DNA of 64,000 nucleotides from Mobula hypostoma (GCF_963921235.1 NC_086108.1:108626001-108690000), one strand, 5' to 3'; shown: positions 1 to 13,356, counted from the first letter of the stretch. Made by a program: numbers and translations. The notes: generated by a model from the sequence alone, not told the origin.

Positions 1-510
1 AGTGTAGTGGTGGTTGAAACTATTTGTGCTGGTTCAGGAGCCTGACAGTTTCAGGGCAATAACTGTTACTGAAGCTGATGGTGTGGGTTCTACAGCTTCT
101 GTATGGTGCGGCTCGGTGGTAGTAGCAAGAAGAGAGTATGGCTTGGATGCAGCTTTCTTGTGGCATCACTCCATGCAAATGCCCTCAGTGGTGGCGAGGG
201 CTCTACCTGTGATGGACTGGGCTGTATCCACCACCTTCTGCAGACTGTTCCTTTCCTGAGCATTGGTGTTTTCCAACCAGGCTGTGATGCAACCAGCTAG
301 GACACACTCCACCGTGCATGGAGGTTTGTCAAAGTTTTTTGGTGACGAGCTGAATCTATGTAAAAATCTAAGAAATTGGAGGCACTGTTATGCTTCTTTA
401 GGATGACACTTACATGCTGGTCATAGGACAGACTCACTGATATGTCAATGCCAAGGAATTTAAACTGATTGACTCTGTCCACCTCCAATCCTTGATGAGG
501 ACTACACACT
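1..510 (-). mobile_element. Rex1/Babar-type LINE, decayed RT C-terminal fragment
   Basis: ORF 297-509(-) reads GLEVDRVNQFKFLGIDISVSLSYDQHVSVILKK, the FKFLG..IS.DL.W motif also seen in better copies at 39027 and 58327. Confidence 0.75.
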
Positions 511-1104
511 TACCATCTTCAGTCTTGGATCTATGCCTGGCCAGAACTCCGGGAGATCAGAGGGTTTACAATGCTCCGTGTATGGAATTTAAAAGTACTG
601 ACCATCTCCATCTTCATTCCCTTAATAAGGACTGGTATATGGACCTCCAGCTTCTTCTTCTTGAGCACAGGGTATGGACTTAATCAGTCAGTAATCTTTA
701 TCCACCATGTTTTTATTTGCATTTCTTGACTAAGTAATATTCCATTGCATTACTGAGGGAGGAAGATAGGGGAGTATGAGGGAGTATTCATTGAGAGGAT
801 GAATCTTGGATAACAATTTAAATCAGGGTTGTGCTGTACTATCTGAGAATCCGGGACCAAGCAGTTGAGACCTGGAACTGGTCTGTCCTCAAGTCGGAGG
901 CCCATCTGTGTGCGAACGGGTGGGTGGGAGCGATGGGAAAGGAGCTTGTTGTATTTTGTTGCTGTTTGTGTTGCTCTGCAGAACATTGTGAGCTTGCTGT
1001 GTTGGAAGAATGTGTGGTGACACTTACGGCTTCTTCCAGCACATCCTTGTGTCGTGCTGCACGTTATCACAAACAATGCTCTTCACTGTATGTTGCCATG
1101 TACT

Positions 1105-1565
1105 TAGAACAGTACAGTGGTCCACAATCTTGTGTTGAGATTTTAACCTACTCTAAGATCATTCTCACCTTCTCCTCCCACATAGCCCTCCATCCTAGCT
1201 AAGATTTTCATAAATGTCCCTAATATCTGCATCTACCACCACCCCTGGTAATGCATGCCACACACTTATGACTCTCTGTGTAAAAAAAACCACTTCTGAC
1301 ATCGCCATCCTCTTCAGTCCCCTGCAAATTATGCCCTCTGGTATAGTCCATTTTTACCCTGGGAAAAAGTCTCTGGCTGTCCACTTGATCTATGCCTTTA
1401 ATCATCTTGCACACCTCTATCAAGACACCTCTCATCCTCCTTCATTCTGAAAGGGAAAACCGTGGCAAGTTCAGCCTTTCCACATAAGACATACTCTCCT
1501 AAGCCTGGCATCTTGCTGGTAAACCTCCACTGCACCCACTCTAATGCTTCCGCATCCTTATAATG
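1105..1565 (-). mobile_element. CR1-clade LINE 3' fragment
   Basis: ORF 1220-1435(-) RGVLIEVCKMIKGIDQVDSQRLFPRVKMDYTRGHNL is the typical CR1 ORF2 C-terminus. Confidence 0.85.
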
Positions 1566-2214
1566 AGGCAAATAAATCTGAATCTGAATCTGAATCTGAG
1601 AGGTAGAGACCATAAGACCAGAAGATATATGAGCAGAATTAGGCTATCAGCCCATCAGGTTTGCTCCACCATTCTACCTTGGCTGATTTATTATTCCTCT
1701 CAACTCCATTTCCTGTGTTCTTCCCATAAAATTTAATACGTTAATTAAGAACCTATCGACCTCCGTGTTAAATGTACCCGATGACTTGCGCCTCCTCAAC
1801 CATCTATGGCAATGAATTCCACAGATTCACCACCATCCGGCTAAAGAAATTCCTTCCATCTCTGTTCCAAATGTACGTCCCTCAATTCTCAGGCTGCGTC
1901 CTCTGGTCCAGAGTCCCCCACTACTGGAAACACCCAATCCACAGCCACTCTATCTAGCCCTTTAAATATTTGATTGTTTTCAATGAGGTCACCCACTCAT
2001 TCTTCTAAACTCCAGTGAGTTCAGACCCAGAGCCATCAAACGCTCCTCATACATTAATCCTTGCATTCTCTGGATCTTTTTCATAAACCTTCTCTGGACT
2101 CTCTCCAATGCCAGCACATTCTTTCTTTGATAAACTGCTAACAATACTCCAAGAGCAGATTGACCAACCTCTTATAAAGCCTCAGCAATATACCCTAACT
2201 TCTATATTCTACTC

Positions 2215-2620
2215 CTGGACTCTCTGACGGTGGTGTCTGAAAAGAGGATGCTGTCTAAGTTGCATGCCATCTTGGTCTATGTCTCCCATCCACTACATAA
2301 TGTACTGGTTGGGCACAGGAGTACATTCAGCCAGAGACTCATTCCACCGAGATGCAACACAGAGCGTCATAGGAAGCCATTCCTGCCTGTGGCCATCAAA
2401 CTTTACAACTCCTCCCTTGTAGGGTCAGACACCCTGAGCCGATAGGCTTGTCCTGGACTTATTTCATAACTTACTGGCATAATTTACATATTACTATTTA
2501 ACTATTTATGGTTCTATTACTATTTATTATTTATGGTGCAACTGTAACGAAAACCAATTTCCCCCGGGATCAATAAAGTATGACTATGACTATGACTATG
2601 ACTATGACTATGACTATGAC
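2215..2620 (+). mobile_element. Rex1/Babar-type LINE 3' end with (ATGACT)n tail
   Basis: ORF 2230-2445 SHPLH...RCNTERHRKPFLPVAIKLYN; AATAAA at about 2572 followed by about 7 ATGACT units (2579-2620). Confidence 0.8.
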
Positions 2621-2745
2621 TTTCAAAATGAATGCTAATATTTCATTTGCCTTCCTCACCACTGAGTCAACCTGCGAGCTACACTTTGGAGAATCCTGCA
2701 CAAGTCCCTTTGCATTTCTGATTTTTGAATTTTTCCCCCCATTTA

Positions 2746-4308
2746 CAGTCCATATAAAAAGTATTCACCCCCTTGGAAGTTTTCATGTTTTATTGTTTTA
2801 CAGCATTGAATCACAATGGATCTAATTTGCCTTTTTTGACAGTGATCAACAGAAAAAGACTCTTTTGTGTCAAAGTGAAATAATTGCAAAAGTTTTTACC
2901 CTCCTTTGATATGACACACCAAATCGTCACTGATGAAGCCAACTGGTCACATAATTAGTTAAATGGAAATATGTTTTTGGAAGCCTGTATGCAGTCAAGG
3001 TGTTTCAATTGATTGTTGTAATAATACACCCTCATCTGGAAAGTCCAACCGCTGGTGAGTCAGTATCCCGGTAAAATCTACACCATGAAGATAAAAGAAC
3101 ACTCCATGTAACTCCATGAAAAGGTTATTGAAAAGCACAAGTCAGGAGGTGGATACAAGAAAATTTCCACGTCACTGAACATCCCTTGGAGTACAGTTAA
3201 GTCAATCATCAAGAAATGGAAAGCATATGGTACTGCTATAAATCTGCCCAGAGCAGGCCATCCTCAAAAACTGAGTGACTGTGCAAGAAGGAGACTAGTG
3301 AGGGAGGAGGTCACTAAGAGACCTATGATAACTCTGGAGGAGTTGCAAGCTTCAATGGCTGAGATGGGCAAAACTGCACATACAACTGTTGCCGGGGTAT
3401 TTTAACAGTCGCAGCTTCATGGGAGAGTGCAAAGAGAAAGCCACTGTTGGAAAAAACTCTCATGAAATCTCAGTTAGAGTTTGCCAGAAGGCATGTAGGA
3501 GACTCTGATGTCAGCTGGAAGAAGGTTCTATGGTCTAATGAAACTAAAATTGAGCTTTTTGGCCATCAGACTGAATACTATGTTTGGCATAAGCCAAACA
3601 CCATATATCATCAGAAACACACCATCCCTCCCATGGTGGTGGTGTCTGCATCATGCTGTGAGAAGGCTTCACTGCAGCAGGCCCAGAAGGCTTGTAAAGG
3701 CAGAGGGTAAAATGAATGCAGCAAAATCCTGGAGGAAAGGCTGATGCAGTCGGCAAGAGAACTGCAACTTGGGAGAAGACTTGTTTTTCAGCAAGACAAT
3801 GACCCCAAACATAAAGTCAAAGCTACACAAGAATGGCTTAAAAACAACAAAGTCAATGTCCTGGAGTGGCCAAGTCAGAGGTCAGACCTCAATCCAATTG
3901 AGAATTTGTGGTTGGACTTGAAAAGGGCTGTTCACTCACGATCCCCATGCAATCTGTCAGATCTTGAGCAATTTTGTAAAGAAGAATGGGGAAAAATTTG
4001 CAGTGTCCTGATGTACAAAGATGATAGAGACCTACCCATACAGATTCAAGTCTGTAATTGCTGACAAAAGTACACCCACTAAATACTGACTTGAAGGGGG
4101 TGAATACTTACGCAATCAATTATTTTATGTTTTATATTTGTAATTAATTTAGATCACTTTGTAGAGATCTATATTTACTTTGACACCAAATAATATTTTT
4201 CTGTTGATTAGTGTCAGAAAAGCCAAATTAAGTTCACTGTGATTCAATGTTGCAAAACAATAAAACATGAAAACTTCCAATTTGGGTGAATACTTTTCAT
4301 AGGCACTG
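2746..4308 (+). mobile_element. Full-length Tc1/mariner DNA transposon (about 1.56 kb) with long TIRs
   Basis: Starts TA|CAGTCCATATAAAAAGTATTCACCC and ends GGGTGAATACTTTTCATAGGCACTG|GA (right TA apparently mutated); inverted similarity extends more than 150 bp; contains a transposase. Confidence 0.92.
3085..4089 (+). pseudogene. Tc1 DDE transposase, disrupted by stops and frameshifts
   Basis: MKIKEHS...GYKKISTSLNIPWSTVKSIIKKWK (paired-like HTH), [40 protein letters not shown]; ends ACTAAATACTGA. Confidence 0.92.
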
Positions 4309-5349
4309 GAGAAAATAGTCCTTGCCTTTATTCATTTCACCAAAGTGCATGACCATACACTTCCACACATGGTATTCCATCTGCCTCTTTTTTGCCCATT
4401 CTCCGAATATGTCTAAGTCCATGTTTTCTAAACACTACCTCCCTCACCACCTATCTTTGTATCTTCCACAGATTTGGCCACAAAGCCATCAATTCCAAAA
4501 CCCGCCTCTGCGGAACAGCCCTAGTCACTGGCAGCCAACCAGAAAAGTCCCCTTTGTTCCCACTCTTTCCCTCCTGCCAATCAGTCAATCCTCTATCCAT
4601 ACTGGTATCCTTCCTATAAAACCAGAGGCTCTTATCTTGCCTTATAGCCTTCTGCGCTGGACCTTGTCAAACTCCTTCAGAAAATCCAAGGAAACAATAT
4701 CCATTGACTTGTTCGCCTGCCCTGCCTGTTATTCCCTCAAAGAATTCCAACAGATTTCTCAGGCCCCTTAAGGAAACCATGCTGACTTTTGCTTATTTAT
4801 TAATGTGCCTCCAAGTGTTCCAAAACCTCATCCTTAATAATGGACTCCAACATCTTTTCAAGCATTGAAGGCAGGATAACTAGCCTATAATTTCCTGTCT
4901 TTTGCCTCCTTCCCTTCTTAAGGAGTGGAGTGACATTTGCAATTTTCCAATCCCAATCGAGTGATTCTTGAAAGAACACCACTGACAGCACTTTGACCCC
5001 AATCAACCAATCCAGACATCAGACGTTTGAGAGGAGGAGACTTCACTCGTCCACTGCTCAAGTAGAAAAAGGATGCACCAGACCATGGCAGCATAATAGA
5101 ACTTTGACCAGCAGCCTGTTTGGGATCGATTAGTAAGAGCAAATTAGAGAAAGGCAGGGGCCAGCGCAGTGGCCGTTGTTGCAGTGGCTATATCTGAGTG
5201 GACATAGTCAGAGTAGTGATCATCAGGCTTTAGCTCTTCAAGGATTCGGTGTAGAGAGGCGCCAGACAGAGAAAGCAAAGGAAAGAAAAACTCAAGGTGA
5301 AGTTTTTCTTTCCTTCCCTGCTTTTTATCTGCTCAGCTAGGACAGTAGA

Positions 5350-6305
5350 GTTGCGAGGCAGGATAGTGAAATGCTCCTCTTGCGGGGAGGCAGGGAGACC
5401 TCCAGTGTCCCTGACGGCTACAACCGAGAGAGGTGTAACCAGCTGCAGCATCTAACAATCTGCGTTAAGGAGTTGGAGCTGGAACTGGATGAAATCTGTA
5501 CCACAAACAAGAGAAAATCTGAAGATGCTGGAAATCAGAGCAACGCACACAAAATGGTGGAGGAACTCGGCAGGCCAGGCAGCATTTGTGCAAGAGTATA
5601 GTTGACGTTTTGGGCTAAGACCCTTCAGCAGGAAGGAGTGATGGATAGGACATCGAGTGAGGTAGTTACACCCAAGGCGCAGGACACAGGAAACTATCTG
5701 ATGGTCAGTAAGGGGAAGGAGGTTAAGTAGCCAGTGCAGAGTACTCCTGTGACTACCTCCCTCAACAACAGGTACATCGTGTTGGATACTATTAGGGTGA
5801 AAGTTACAGTGGTCGGGTCTCTGACATGAGGCTGGCTCTGTGACTCAGAAAGGAAGTGGGGAGAAGAGGCACGCTGTGGGGATGGGGTATTTGTTAGTTA
5901 GGGGATTGGACAGGTGGTTCTGTGGGCAAGAATGAGATTCCCAGATGGTATGTTGCCTCCCAGGTGGCAGTGTCTGGAATATCTTGGATCGATTCCTCAG
6001 CATTCTTAATTGGGAGGGTGAACAGCCAGAAGTCATGGTCCATGTAGGTACCAATGAAATGGTCCAGGGTGGTGATCACAGAATTGCTACCCGTGCCATG
6101 TGCTAATAAGGCCAGAACTAGGAAGATTCTACAGTCTAACATGTGGCTAAGAAGTTGGTTTAGGAGGGAGGGCATAAGATTTTTGGATCACTGGGCTCCC
6201 TTCCAGGGAAGATGTAATCTGTGCAGAAGGGATAATTTGCACCTGAACTGGAGGGAGACTAATATCCTAGCAGGAATGTTTGTAAGTGCTGCATGGTGGG
6301 TTTAA
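5350..6305 (+). pseudogene. CR1 ORF1 with SGNH/GDSL esterase domain
   Basis: VHVGTN at about 6038 and RVVITELLPVP...WLRSWFRREGIRFLDHW...DNLHLN (6054-6305); esterase ORF1s are established in CR1 elements. Confidence 0.8.
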
Positions 6306-6409
6306 TTAAACTAGAGTTGCAGGGGGATGGGAACCAGAGGGCCAGAACAGTTAGTAGAGAGGTCGTGGTGTCAGATATTGGTAAGAACTCAGACAAAATC
6401 AGGAATCAA

Positions 6410-9265
6410 AAGACTTGTCGTGAGCTGTGTATATTTCAATGCAGAAAGTATTGTAGGAAAGTTGGATGAACTCAGGGCAAGATCAACACCTGCAATTATG
6501 ATGTTGAAGACATTAGTGAGACTTGGTTGCAGGAAGGGCAAGTCTGGCAGCTCAATATTCTGGGTCTCCATTGTTTTAGATTTGACAGAGCGGGAGGGAT
6601 TAAAGGAGGAGGGGTGGTGTTATTAGTCAGGGAAAATGTTATGGCAGTGCGTCATCAGAACTGGAGAACTCATCTAGTGAGGTGTTATGGGTGGAACTGA
6701 GTTATAAGAAAGGTATGCGCATGTTACTACAAACCAGCCGACAGTCTTAGGGATTTAGAGGAACGTAATTGTAAAGAGATTGCAGACTGTTTTAAAGAAA
6801 CATAAGGTTTTTATAATAGGTGATTTTAACTTTCCACATTTTGACTGGGAATACCATACTGTAAAAGGACTAGATGGGGTAGAGTTTGTCAAATATGTTC
6901 AGAAAAGTCTCCTTCATCAGTAAGTACAAGTCCCAATGAGAGTGTGTGCAATGCTGGATATGCTTTAAGGGGACGAGACAGAGCAGGTGACAGAAGTTTG
7001 TGTAGGAGAACACTTTGCCTCCAGTGACCACAATGACATTTGTTTCAAAGTAAATATATAAAGGGATAGGTCTGGTCCGTGAGTTGAGATTCGAAATTGG
7101 AGAAAGGCTAATTTTGATGATATCAGAAATGCTGGCAAGTGTGGATTGGGACAGGCCGTTTTCTGGCAAAAGTGTACTGGGAAAGTGGGAGGGCTTCAAA
7201 AATGAAATTTTGAGAGTACAAAGGTTCTATGTTCCTGTCAGAATAAAAGATAAAGATAACAAGTACAGCACAGGGAATTCTGTTTTCAAGAGGTATTGAG
7301 GCCTAGTTAAGAGAAAAAAAGGAGGTGCATAGCAGGTAACGGCAAGTAGGAACACATAAGGTTCTTATGGAGTGTAAGAAATGCAAGAGAACAACTTGAA
7401 GACTGAAAAAAGGTATGAAGTTGCTCCAGCAGACAAACTGAAGGAGAGTCCTAAGGGATTTCACAGGTACATTAAGAGCAAAAGAATTGCTAGGGACATA
7501 ATTAGTTCTCTGGAAGACCAGAATGGTAATCCATATGGGGGAGATCTTAAATGAATTCTTTGCATCTGTATTTACTTGGGAGATGAACACAGAGTCTATA
7601 GAAGTGAGGCAAGGCGTCATCTATTTCATGGACCCTGTACAGATTACAGAGGAGGAGGTGTTTGCTACACTGAGGCTCATCAGGGTCAATAAATTCCTGG
7701 GGCCTGACGAGGTGCTCCCTTGGACCCTACGGGAGGCAAGAGCAGAAATTGCCGGGGCCCTAGCAGAGATATTTAACTCAACTTTAGTGACAGGAGAGGT
7801 ACCAGAGGACTGGTACCAGAGTGTTGTTCTAATGTTTAAAAGAGGACCTAAACAAAAACCAGGAAGTTACAGGCCGGTGAGTCTGACATCAGTTGTGGGA
7901 ATGTTATTGGAAGGTATTCTAAGGGACTGGATATGTAAGTATTTGGATAGACATGGACTGATTAAGGATAGTCAGCATAGCTTTGTGCGTGATAGATCAT
8001 GTCTAACCAATCTTATAGAATTTTTCAAGGAAATTACCATGAAAGTGGATGAAGGCACATAAGTGGATGGTGCCGACATGGACATTAGTAAGACATTTGA
8101 CATGGTCCCGCATAGGAGGCTGGTCAAGAAGATTCAGTCGCTTGGCATTCTAGATGAGGAAGTAAGTTAGATTAACATTGGCTTTGTGGGAGAAGCCAGA
8201 GGGTGGTACTAGAGCATTGCCTCTCTAACTGGAGGCCTGTGGCTAGTGGTGTGCAGCAAGGATTTGTCCTTTGTTGTTTGTCATCTATATCAATGATCTA
8301 GATGATAATGTAGCTAACTGGCTCAGAAAATTTGTAGATGACTCCAAGATTGGGGTGCCGTGGATAGTGAGGAAGGTTATCATGGCTTGCAGAGGGACCT
8401 GCTTCAGCTGGAAAAATAGGCTGAAAAATGAAAGATGCAATTTAATGCAGACAAGTGCAAGGCTTTGCACTTTGGTAGGACTAACCTGGGTAGGTCTTAA
8501 CGAATACTAGGGCACTAAGGACTGTGGTAGAACAAAGGGATCTGGGGATACAGCTACATAATTCAATGAAAATGGCATCATAGGTACATAGGGTCATAAA
8601 GAAAGCTTTTGGCACATTTAACTCAATGTATTGAGTACAGAAGATGGGATGTTATGTTGAAGTTGTATAAGGTATTGGTGAGGTCTAATTTGGAGTATAG
8701 TGTGCAATTTTGGTCACCTACCTACAGGACAAGACAGATGTAAATAAGGTTGAAAGAGTGCAGGGAAAATTTACAAGGATTTTGTCAGGTCTGGAGGACC
8801 TGAGTTATAAGGAAAGATTGAATAGGTTAACATAGAAACATAGAAAACCTACAGCACAATACAGGCCCTTTGGCCCACAAAGTTGTGCTGAACATGTCCC
8901 TACCTTAGAAATTACTAGGCTTACCCATAGAACTGTATTCTTTCGAACATAGAGATTAAGAAGAAATTTGATAGAAGTACATAAAACAATGAGGGGTAGA
9001 GATAGGGTAAAAGCAAACAGGCTTTTTCCACTGAGGTTGGGTGGGACTACAACTAGAAGTCATGGCTTAAGGGTTAAAGGTGAGAAGTTTAAGGCGAACA
9101 CAAGGGGATACTTCTTTACTCAGAAGGTCCTGAGAGTGTGGAATGAGCTGCCAGGCAAGTGGTCCATGTTAACTTGATTTCAATGCTTAAGAGAAGGTTA
9201 GATAGGTACATGGATCGTAGGGATATGGAGGGCTATTTTCCTGGAGCAAGCTGTTGGGAGTATGC
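6410..9265 (+). pseudogene. CR1 ORF2 (APE endonuclease plus reverse transcriptase), frameshifted
   Basis: ORF pieces 6327-6626, 7084-7299, 7523-8062, 8271-8510 and 8968-9177 are successive parts of CR1 ORF2. Confidence 0.9.
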
Positions 9266-9879
9266 AGCACAAATGGATTCGGCATAGACTAGATGGATTG
9301 AAGGCCCGTTTCTTTGCTGTACTGTTCTATGATTCTAATGCCTCCACAGTCTCTTCAGCTGCCTCTTTCAGAACCCTGGGATGCAGTCCATCTGGTCCAG
9401 GTGACTTGTCTATCTTCAGACCTTTCAGCTTCCTAACACTTTCTCCTTAGTATAGAAACTGCACTGACTTCTGCCCTAAACATTCGGACATACTGATGCT
9501 GGTGCTGGAGGCAAGACAGTTGATAGATCTGAGTTGTTATGAGTGAACATTACCTGTTCTTGGCCACAGCCAAGAAACTGCACCAGAGCCTCCACTTCTT
9601 CTGGAGGCTAGAGTAACTCAGCATGTCTGCTTTCACCCTCATCAGTTTGTGTCGTTGCACCACAGAGAGCGTCCTATTTGGGTGTATGGCAATTGTACCG
9701 TCCAGGACTGCAGCGAGTTGTGGACAGAGCTCAATACATCATTGAGACCAGCCTTCCCTGTATGGACTCTGTCTATACTTCGAGCATCTCAGTGAAAACA
9801 GAGAGCATTATCAAAGCCCTCTTCCAGCCCAGACACTCAGAATCAGGTTTAGTATCACTGGCACATGTTGTGAAAGATT

Positions 9880-10600
9880 TAAAGATTCAAAGTACATCTA
9901 TTATCAAAGAACGTACAAATTATGCACATTAAATTTGTCTGCTTACAGGCAGCCACGAAACAAGAAACTCGAATAACCCATTTAAAAAGGACCAAAAACC
10001 ACTGCGCAGAGAAGGAGAGAGAAAGAAAAACACATCTTGCAAACAACAGAAGCAAGCCAACAGCATCCCGAACCAGACTGAGTTCCAGATCCACTCCCAG
10101 TACAGCCGGGGTCGACCCAACCTATTCCTTGGTCCCCAGTTTTCACACCGGCAGGGCAGAAACGCACAGCAGCCGGATCAGTTCTCAGCCTTGGCGCCGC
10201 GGAGAAAAGAATGAACATTTGCGGGAGGGTGAGCGAAATCAGCCTGATCCTTTCCGCCGTACCCACCAGTCTAGCTGTGCCGGCGTTTGAATTCCCAAGC
10301 ACCGAGTAATGGTATGTTCCAGGACCCAGATCCAGAAGCCCTGATACATCTCGGCTGCCCCACCCAAAACCATTCTCAATTTCAGCCAATCGGCTCGGCG
10401 CGTGAAGCGATCCAACCTCGCACCCGAGCATCGAGACTCCTCTCCGAATCACTCACTCCATCTCTGGCAGCCATACGAACTCTGTCTGCTTCCCTGGCTC
10501 AAACACGTTGCACCCTGGACGAGCCTCGCCGCCACCTGTCTCCTCACTGTCTGCGGTGATAGTTCATCGCAATTTGCTTCATGAAAGATGTTAGAAGCAA
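9880..10600 (-). repeat. Unclassified interspersed repeat, probably a LINE 3'UTR or non-autonomous derivative
   Basis: Its left end (TTCAAAGTACAT.TATTATCAAAG) recurs at about 43895 and 49110. Confidence 0.5.
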
Positions 10601-10849
10601 TGTTTTAGTCGATTCTCTTGCCTTATGATTTACCAGTAACCTGTCACACATTTTCGGTATTACCATCTTAAACCAGAAGCTCGAAGCATGTGACGTTGAT
10701 TTCACCATTTCGGAGAAGTTCGGATCAGTACATGGATGGTTGGAGTATGAAGAGCCATGGGCCTGGTGCAGGTCGATGGGAGTAGGCAGGTTAAATGGTT
10801 TTGGCATGGACTAGATGAGCTGAAGGGCCTGTCATCTGTCTCTAGAGTT

Positions 10850-11055
10850 TATAGAGAATGGTGTGCAAACAAAAAAAATCCAGTGTGTGGCAGTTCTGTG
10901 GGTGAAAACACTTGCTAATGAGAGAGGTCAGAGGAGAACGAACAGACTGGATCAAGTTTGCAGGAAGGTGACAGTAACGCAAATAACCATTTGTTACATC
11001 AGTGGTGTGTAGAAGAGCATCTCTGAACACATAACGAGTTGAACCTAGAAGAGGA
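10850..11055 (+). mobile_element. Fragment of a Tc1-derived non-autonomous element
   Basis: Matches the internal part of the copies at 30220, 35426 and 46128. Confidence 0.8.
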
Positions 11056-11224
11056 TGTGAATAAACAGTTGATACTTCGTGGCTTGAAACGTCAACTGTT
11101 ATTCATTTCCATAGGCACTGCCTGACCTGCCAAATTCCTCCATTTTGTGCATAATCTATGTATTCTGTTTAGGAATTATTCTATTTGAATTAGTTAATTT
11201 CCTTGAATTCCCTTTATTCTAACA

Positions 11225-11960
11225 GCTTGAGAAAATTTGCAAGGATGTTGCCGAGACTGGAGGACTTGAGTTATAAGGAAAGGTTGAATAGGTTAGGACT
11301 TTATTCCTTGTAAGGTTGAAGATTGAGAGGAGATTTGATAGAGGTATACAAAATAATGAGGGGTATAGATGGGGTAAATGCAAGCAGGCTTTTTCCACTG
11401 AGTTAGGGTGGACTACAATTAATTAAGGCATCCGTTAGTCTTGCAGTAAGTCTTCACTCTCCAGGGCGCAGGCCTGGGCAAGGTTGTATGGAAGACCAGC
11501 AGTTGCCCATGCTGCAAGTCTCCCCTCTCCACGACACCAATGTTGTCCAAGGGAAGGGTATTAGGACCCATACAGCTTGGCACCGGTGTCGTTGCAGAGC
11601 AATGTGTGATTAAGTGCCTTGCTCAAGGACACAACACATTCCCTCGGCTGGGGCTCGAACTCACGACCTTCAGGTCGCTAGTCCAATGCCTTAACCACTT
11701 AGCCACGTGCCCACAGTACAACTAGAGATTATGGATTAAGGGTGAAAGGCGAAAAGTTTAAGGGGAATTTGAGGGGAATGAGCTGCCAGTACAAGTGATG
11801 CATGCAAGCTCGATTTCAATGATTAAGAGAAGTTTAGATAGGTAGATGATGGGAGGGATATGGAGGGCTTTGGTTGGCGGGTGTAGGCAGTTTAAAAGGT
11901 TTTGCATGAACCAGATGGGCCGAAATGCCTCTTTCTATGCTGTACTTCTCTATGATTCCA
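11225..11960 (+). mobile_element. CR1 3' fragment interrupted by a SINE
   Basis: Similar to 8760-9338; reads through once 11419-11716 is removed. Confidence 0.85.
11419..11716 (-). mobile_element. tRNA-derived SINE with an RTE-like 3' part
   Basis: Minus strand has A box TGGCTAAGTGG, B box GTTCGAGCC, then GTGTCCTTGAGCAAGGCACTTAA; TACAA direct repeat at 11414-18 and 11717-21; second copy at 60422-60712. Confidence 0.85.
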
Positions 11961-12587
11961 AAACTCTTGTAGTGTAAAATGTTATCACAACTTTAATTAA
12001 AATGTATTTAAATCTGTCTACAACTTCAGTATCCAGTATAATCTACCTTACATCCGTTTATTTATTAAAAGCAACACTTGCTTTGTTTCCAATAGCAGCC
12101 GCTGTACGAGTATGATATTATACTCTGTATTTTCTCTGAACTGACATTCATGCTCTGATGTATCGAAAGAATATATTCTCTGCTGCTGTGACCACACAAT
12201 GAAATGTGCACTGATTTACAGAAATCCTTTCATAAATATATCATGATATATCTCTGAGCCATTGCGCCAAATACATTTGTTCTATTCGTTGCTGATCTAA
12301 GTCTCTCTGATATTGTTGATCATTCTTCTCTGCAGGTATTGAAATATTCAAGTGTTTAATAAATCTGGTATTGGGAGCCATTTATTAAATTTATATATAA
12401 AAAAATGCCAGCTTTGGCTCATTACATTTGTCAGTCATCTCTCTGTCAGCTTGCTCTCTGGGTGATTCCTTTTTCTTGTCCCTCTTTTGATGTCAGTTAG
12501 TTATTTCAGGTTTACCAACCCACAGGAGTACAGCAGGTATTACAGTGAGGCATTCTGGAGTTTGGAGTTCAATTCCGGCACTGTTCT

Positions 12588-12885
12588 ATTTATTTACTTA
12601 TTGAGATACAGTGCATTGTAGACCCTTCTGGCCCTCCAAGCCGTGCTGCCCAGCAATCCCCCGTTATAATCCTAGCCTAATCAGAGGACTTTTTACAATG
12701 ACCATTTAACCAACCAAGCGGTATGTCTTTGAACTGTGGGAGGGAACCGGCGCACCCGCAGAAAACCCCTGTGGTCACGGGGAGATCATACAAACTCCTT
12801 ACGGGCAGTGGTGGGTATTGAACCCAGGTCACCAGTACAGTACTGTAAAGTGTTGTGCTAACCACTACACAACTGTGCTGCCCCT
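12588..12885 (-). mobile_element. V-SINE (HE1-like), tRNA-derived
   Basis: Minus strand has A/B boxes, the V-domain (GGAGTTTGTATGATCTCCCCGTGACC...GGTTCCCTCCCACAG) and a (TAAA)n tail. Confidence 0.8.
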
Positions 12886-13124
12886 CCTTCTGTCAGGCGT
12901 CTCTGTATGTCCTCTTCATGGAATGCGCAAGTTTTTCTCAGGTAGCTTTGTACAAACGTAAATTATCTCATGATTAAGATTAGGGTTAATCAGGATTGTA
13001 GGTTTACTGCGGCAACAGGGCCTACTCCATGCTGAGAAAAAAAATCTGCACTGCAGTTCGAGGTGCCCAAGTTTGATCCCGATCTCTATACAGAGTACGC
13101 ACATTCTCCCTAAGTGTGTGTGTT

Positions 13125-13356
13125 TGATGCACTATCAATTACTCCAAAAGACTGGAAGTAGTGTAAATACTGAAAGGCTTTTATTAACAGTAAAGTGGGT
13201 CCTCGTCCATTCTGTATGTATGTCCTGGACTGAGGGAGGAGCAGTGGCACAATCGCCTTTATTCAGGTGTCTGTGGGAGGAGCCACAGGAGCAGTCAGCA
13301 GAGCGGCGTGTCCAGACAGGTAACCCAGTTACAACATATATACATGGCTTACCACA
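13125..13356 (-). mobile_element. Solo LTR, 232 bp
   Basis: TG...CA termini; exact 5-bp TSD GTGTT at 13120-24 and 13357-61; AATAAA on the minus strand. Confidence 0.8.

Larger units (their letters stand above)
4985..9338 (+). mobile_element. Near-full-length CR1 LINE (5'UTR, ORF1, ORF2, 3'UTR), decayed
   Basis: ORF1 Cys-rich start (about 5370) plus SGNH esterase; ORF2 APE (CVYFNAESIVGKLDEL) and RT (PGSYRPVSLTSVVG, SCLTNLIEFF, FVIYINDLD, KFVDDSK); 3' tail TTCTATGATTCTA. Confidence 0.92.
1605..9490 (-). mobile_element. Old CR1 LINE split into four pieces (about 1605-2214, 2621-2745, 4309-4983, 9336-9490) by nested insertions
   Basis: The pieces join colinearly once the insertions are removed; ORF 4800-5006(-) DWKIANVTPLLKKGRRQKTGNYRLVIL is the CR1 RT N-terminal motif. 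Confidence 0.75.

Noticed and set aside
2580..2825. ORF starting MTMTMTMT
   Set aside because: It is a translation of the (ATGACT)n retroelement tail running into CR1 and Tc1 sequence
11635..11712. tRNA-like sequence (also about 60650-60710 and the V-SINE heads)
   Set aside because: These are SINE heads continuous with repeat bodies; the acceptor stems are incomplete, so they are not tRNA genes
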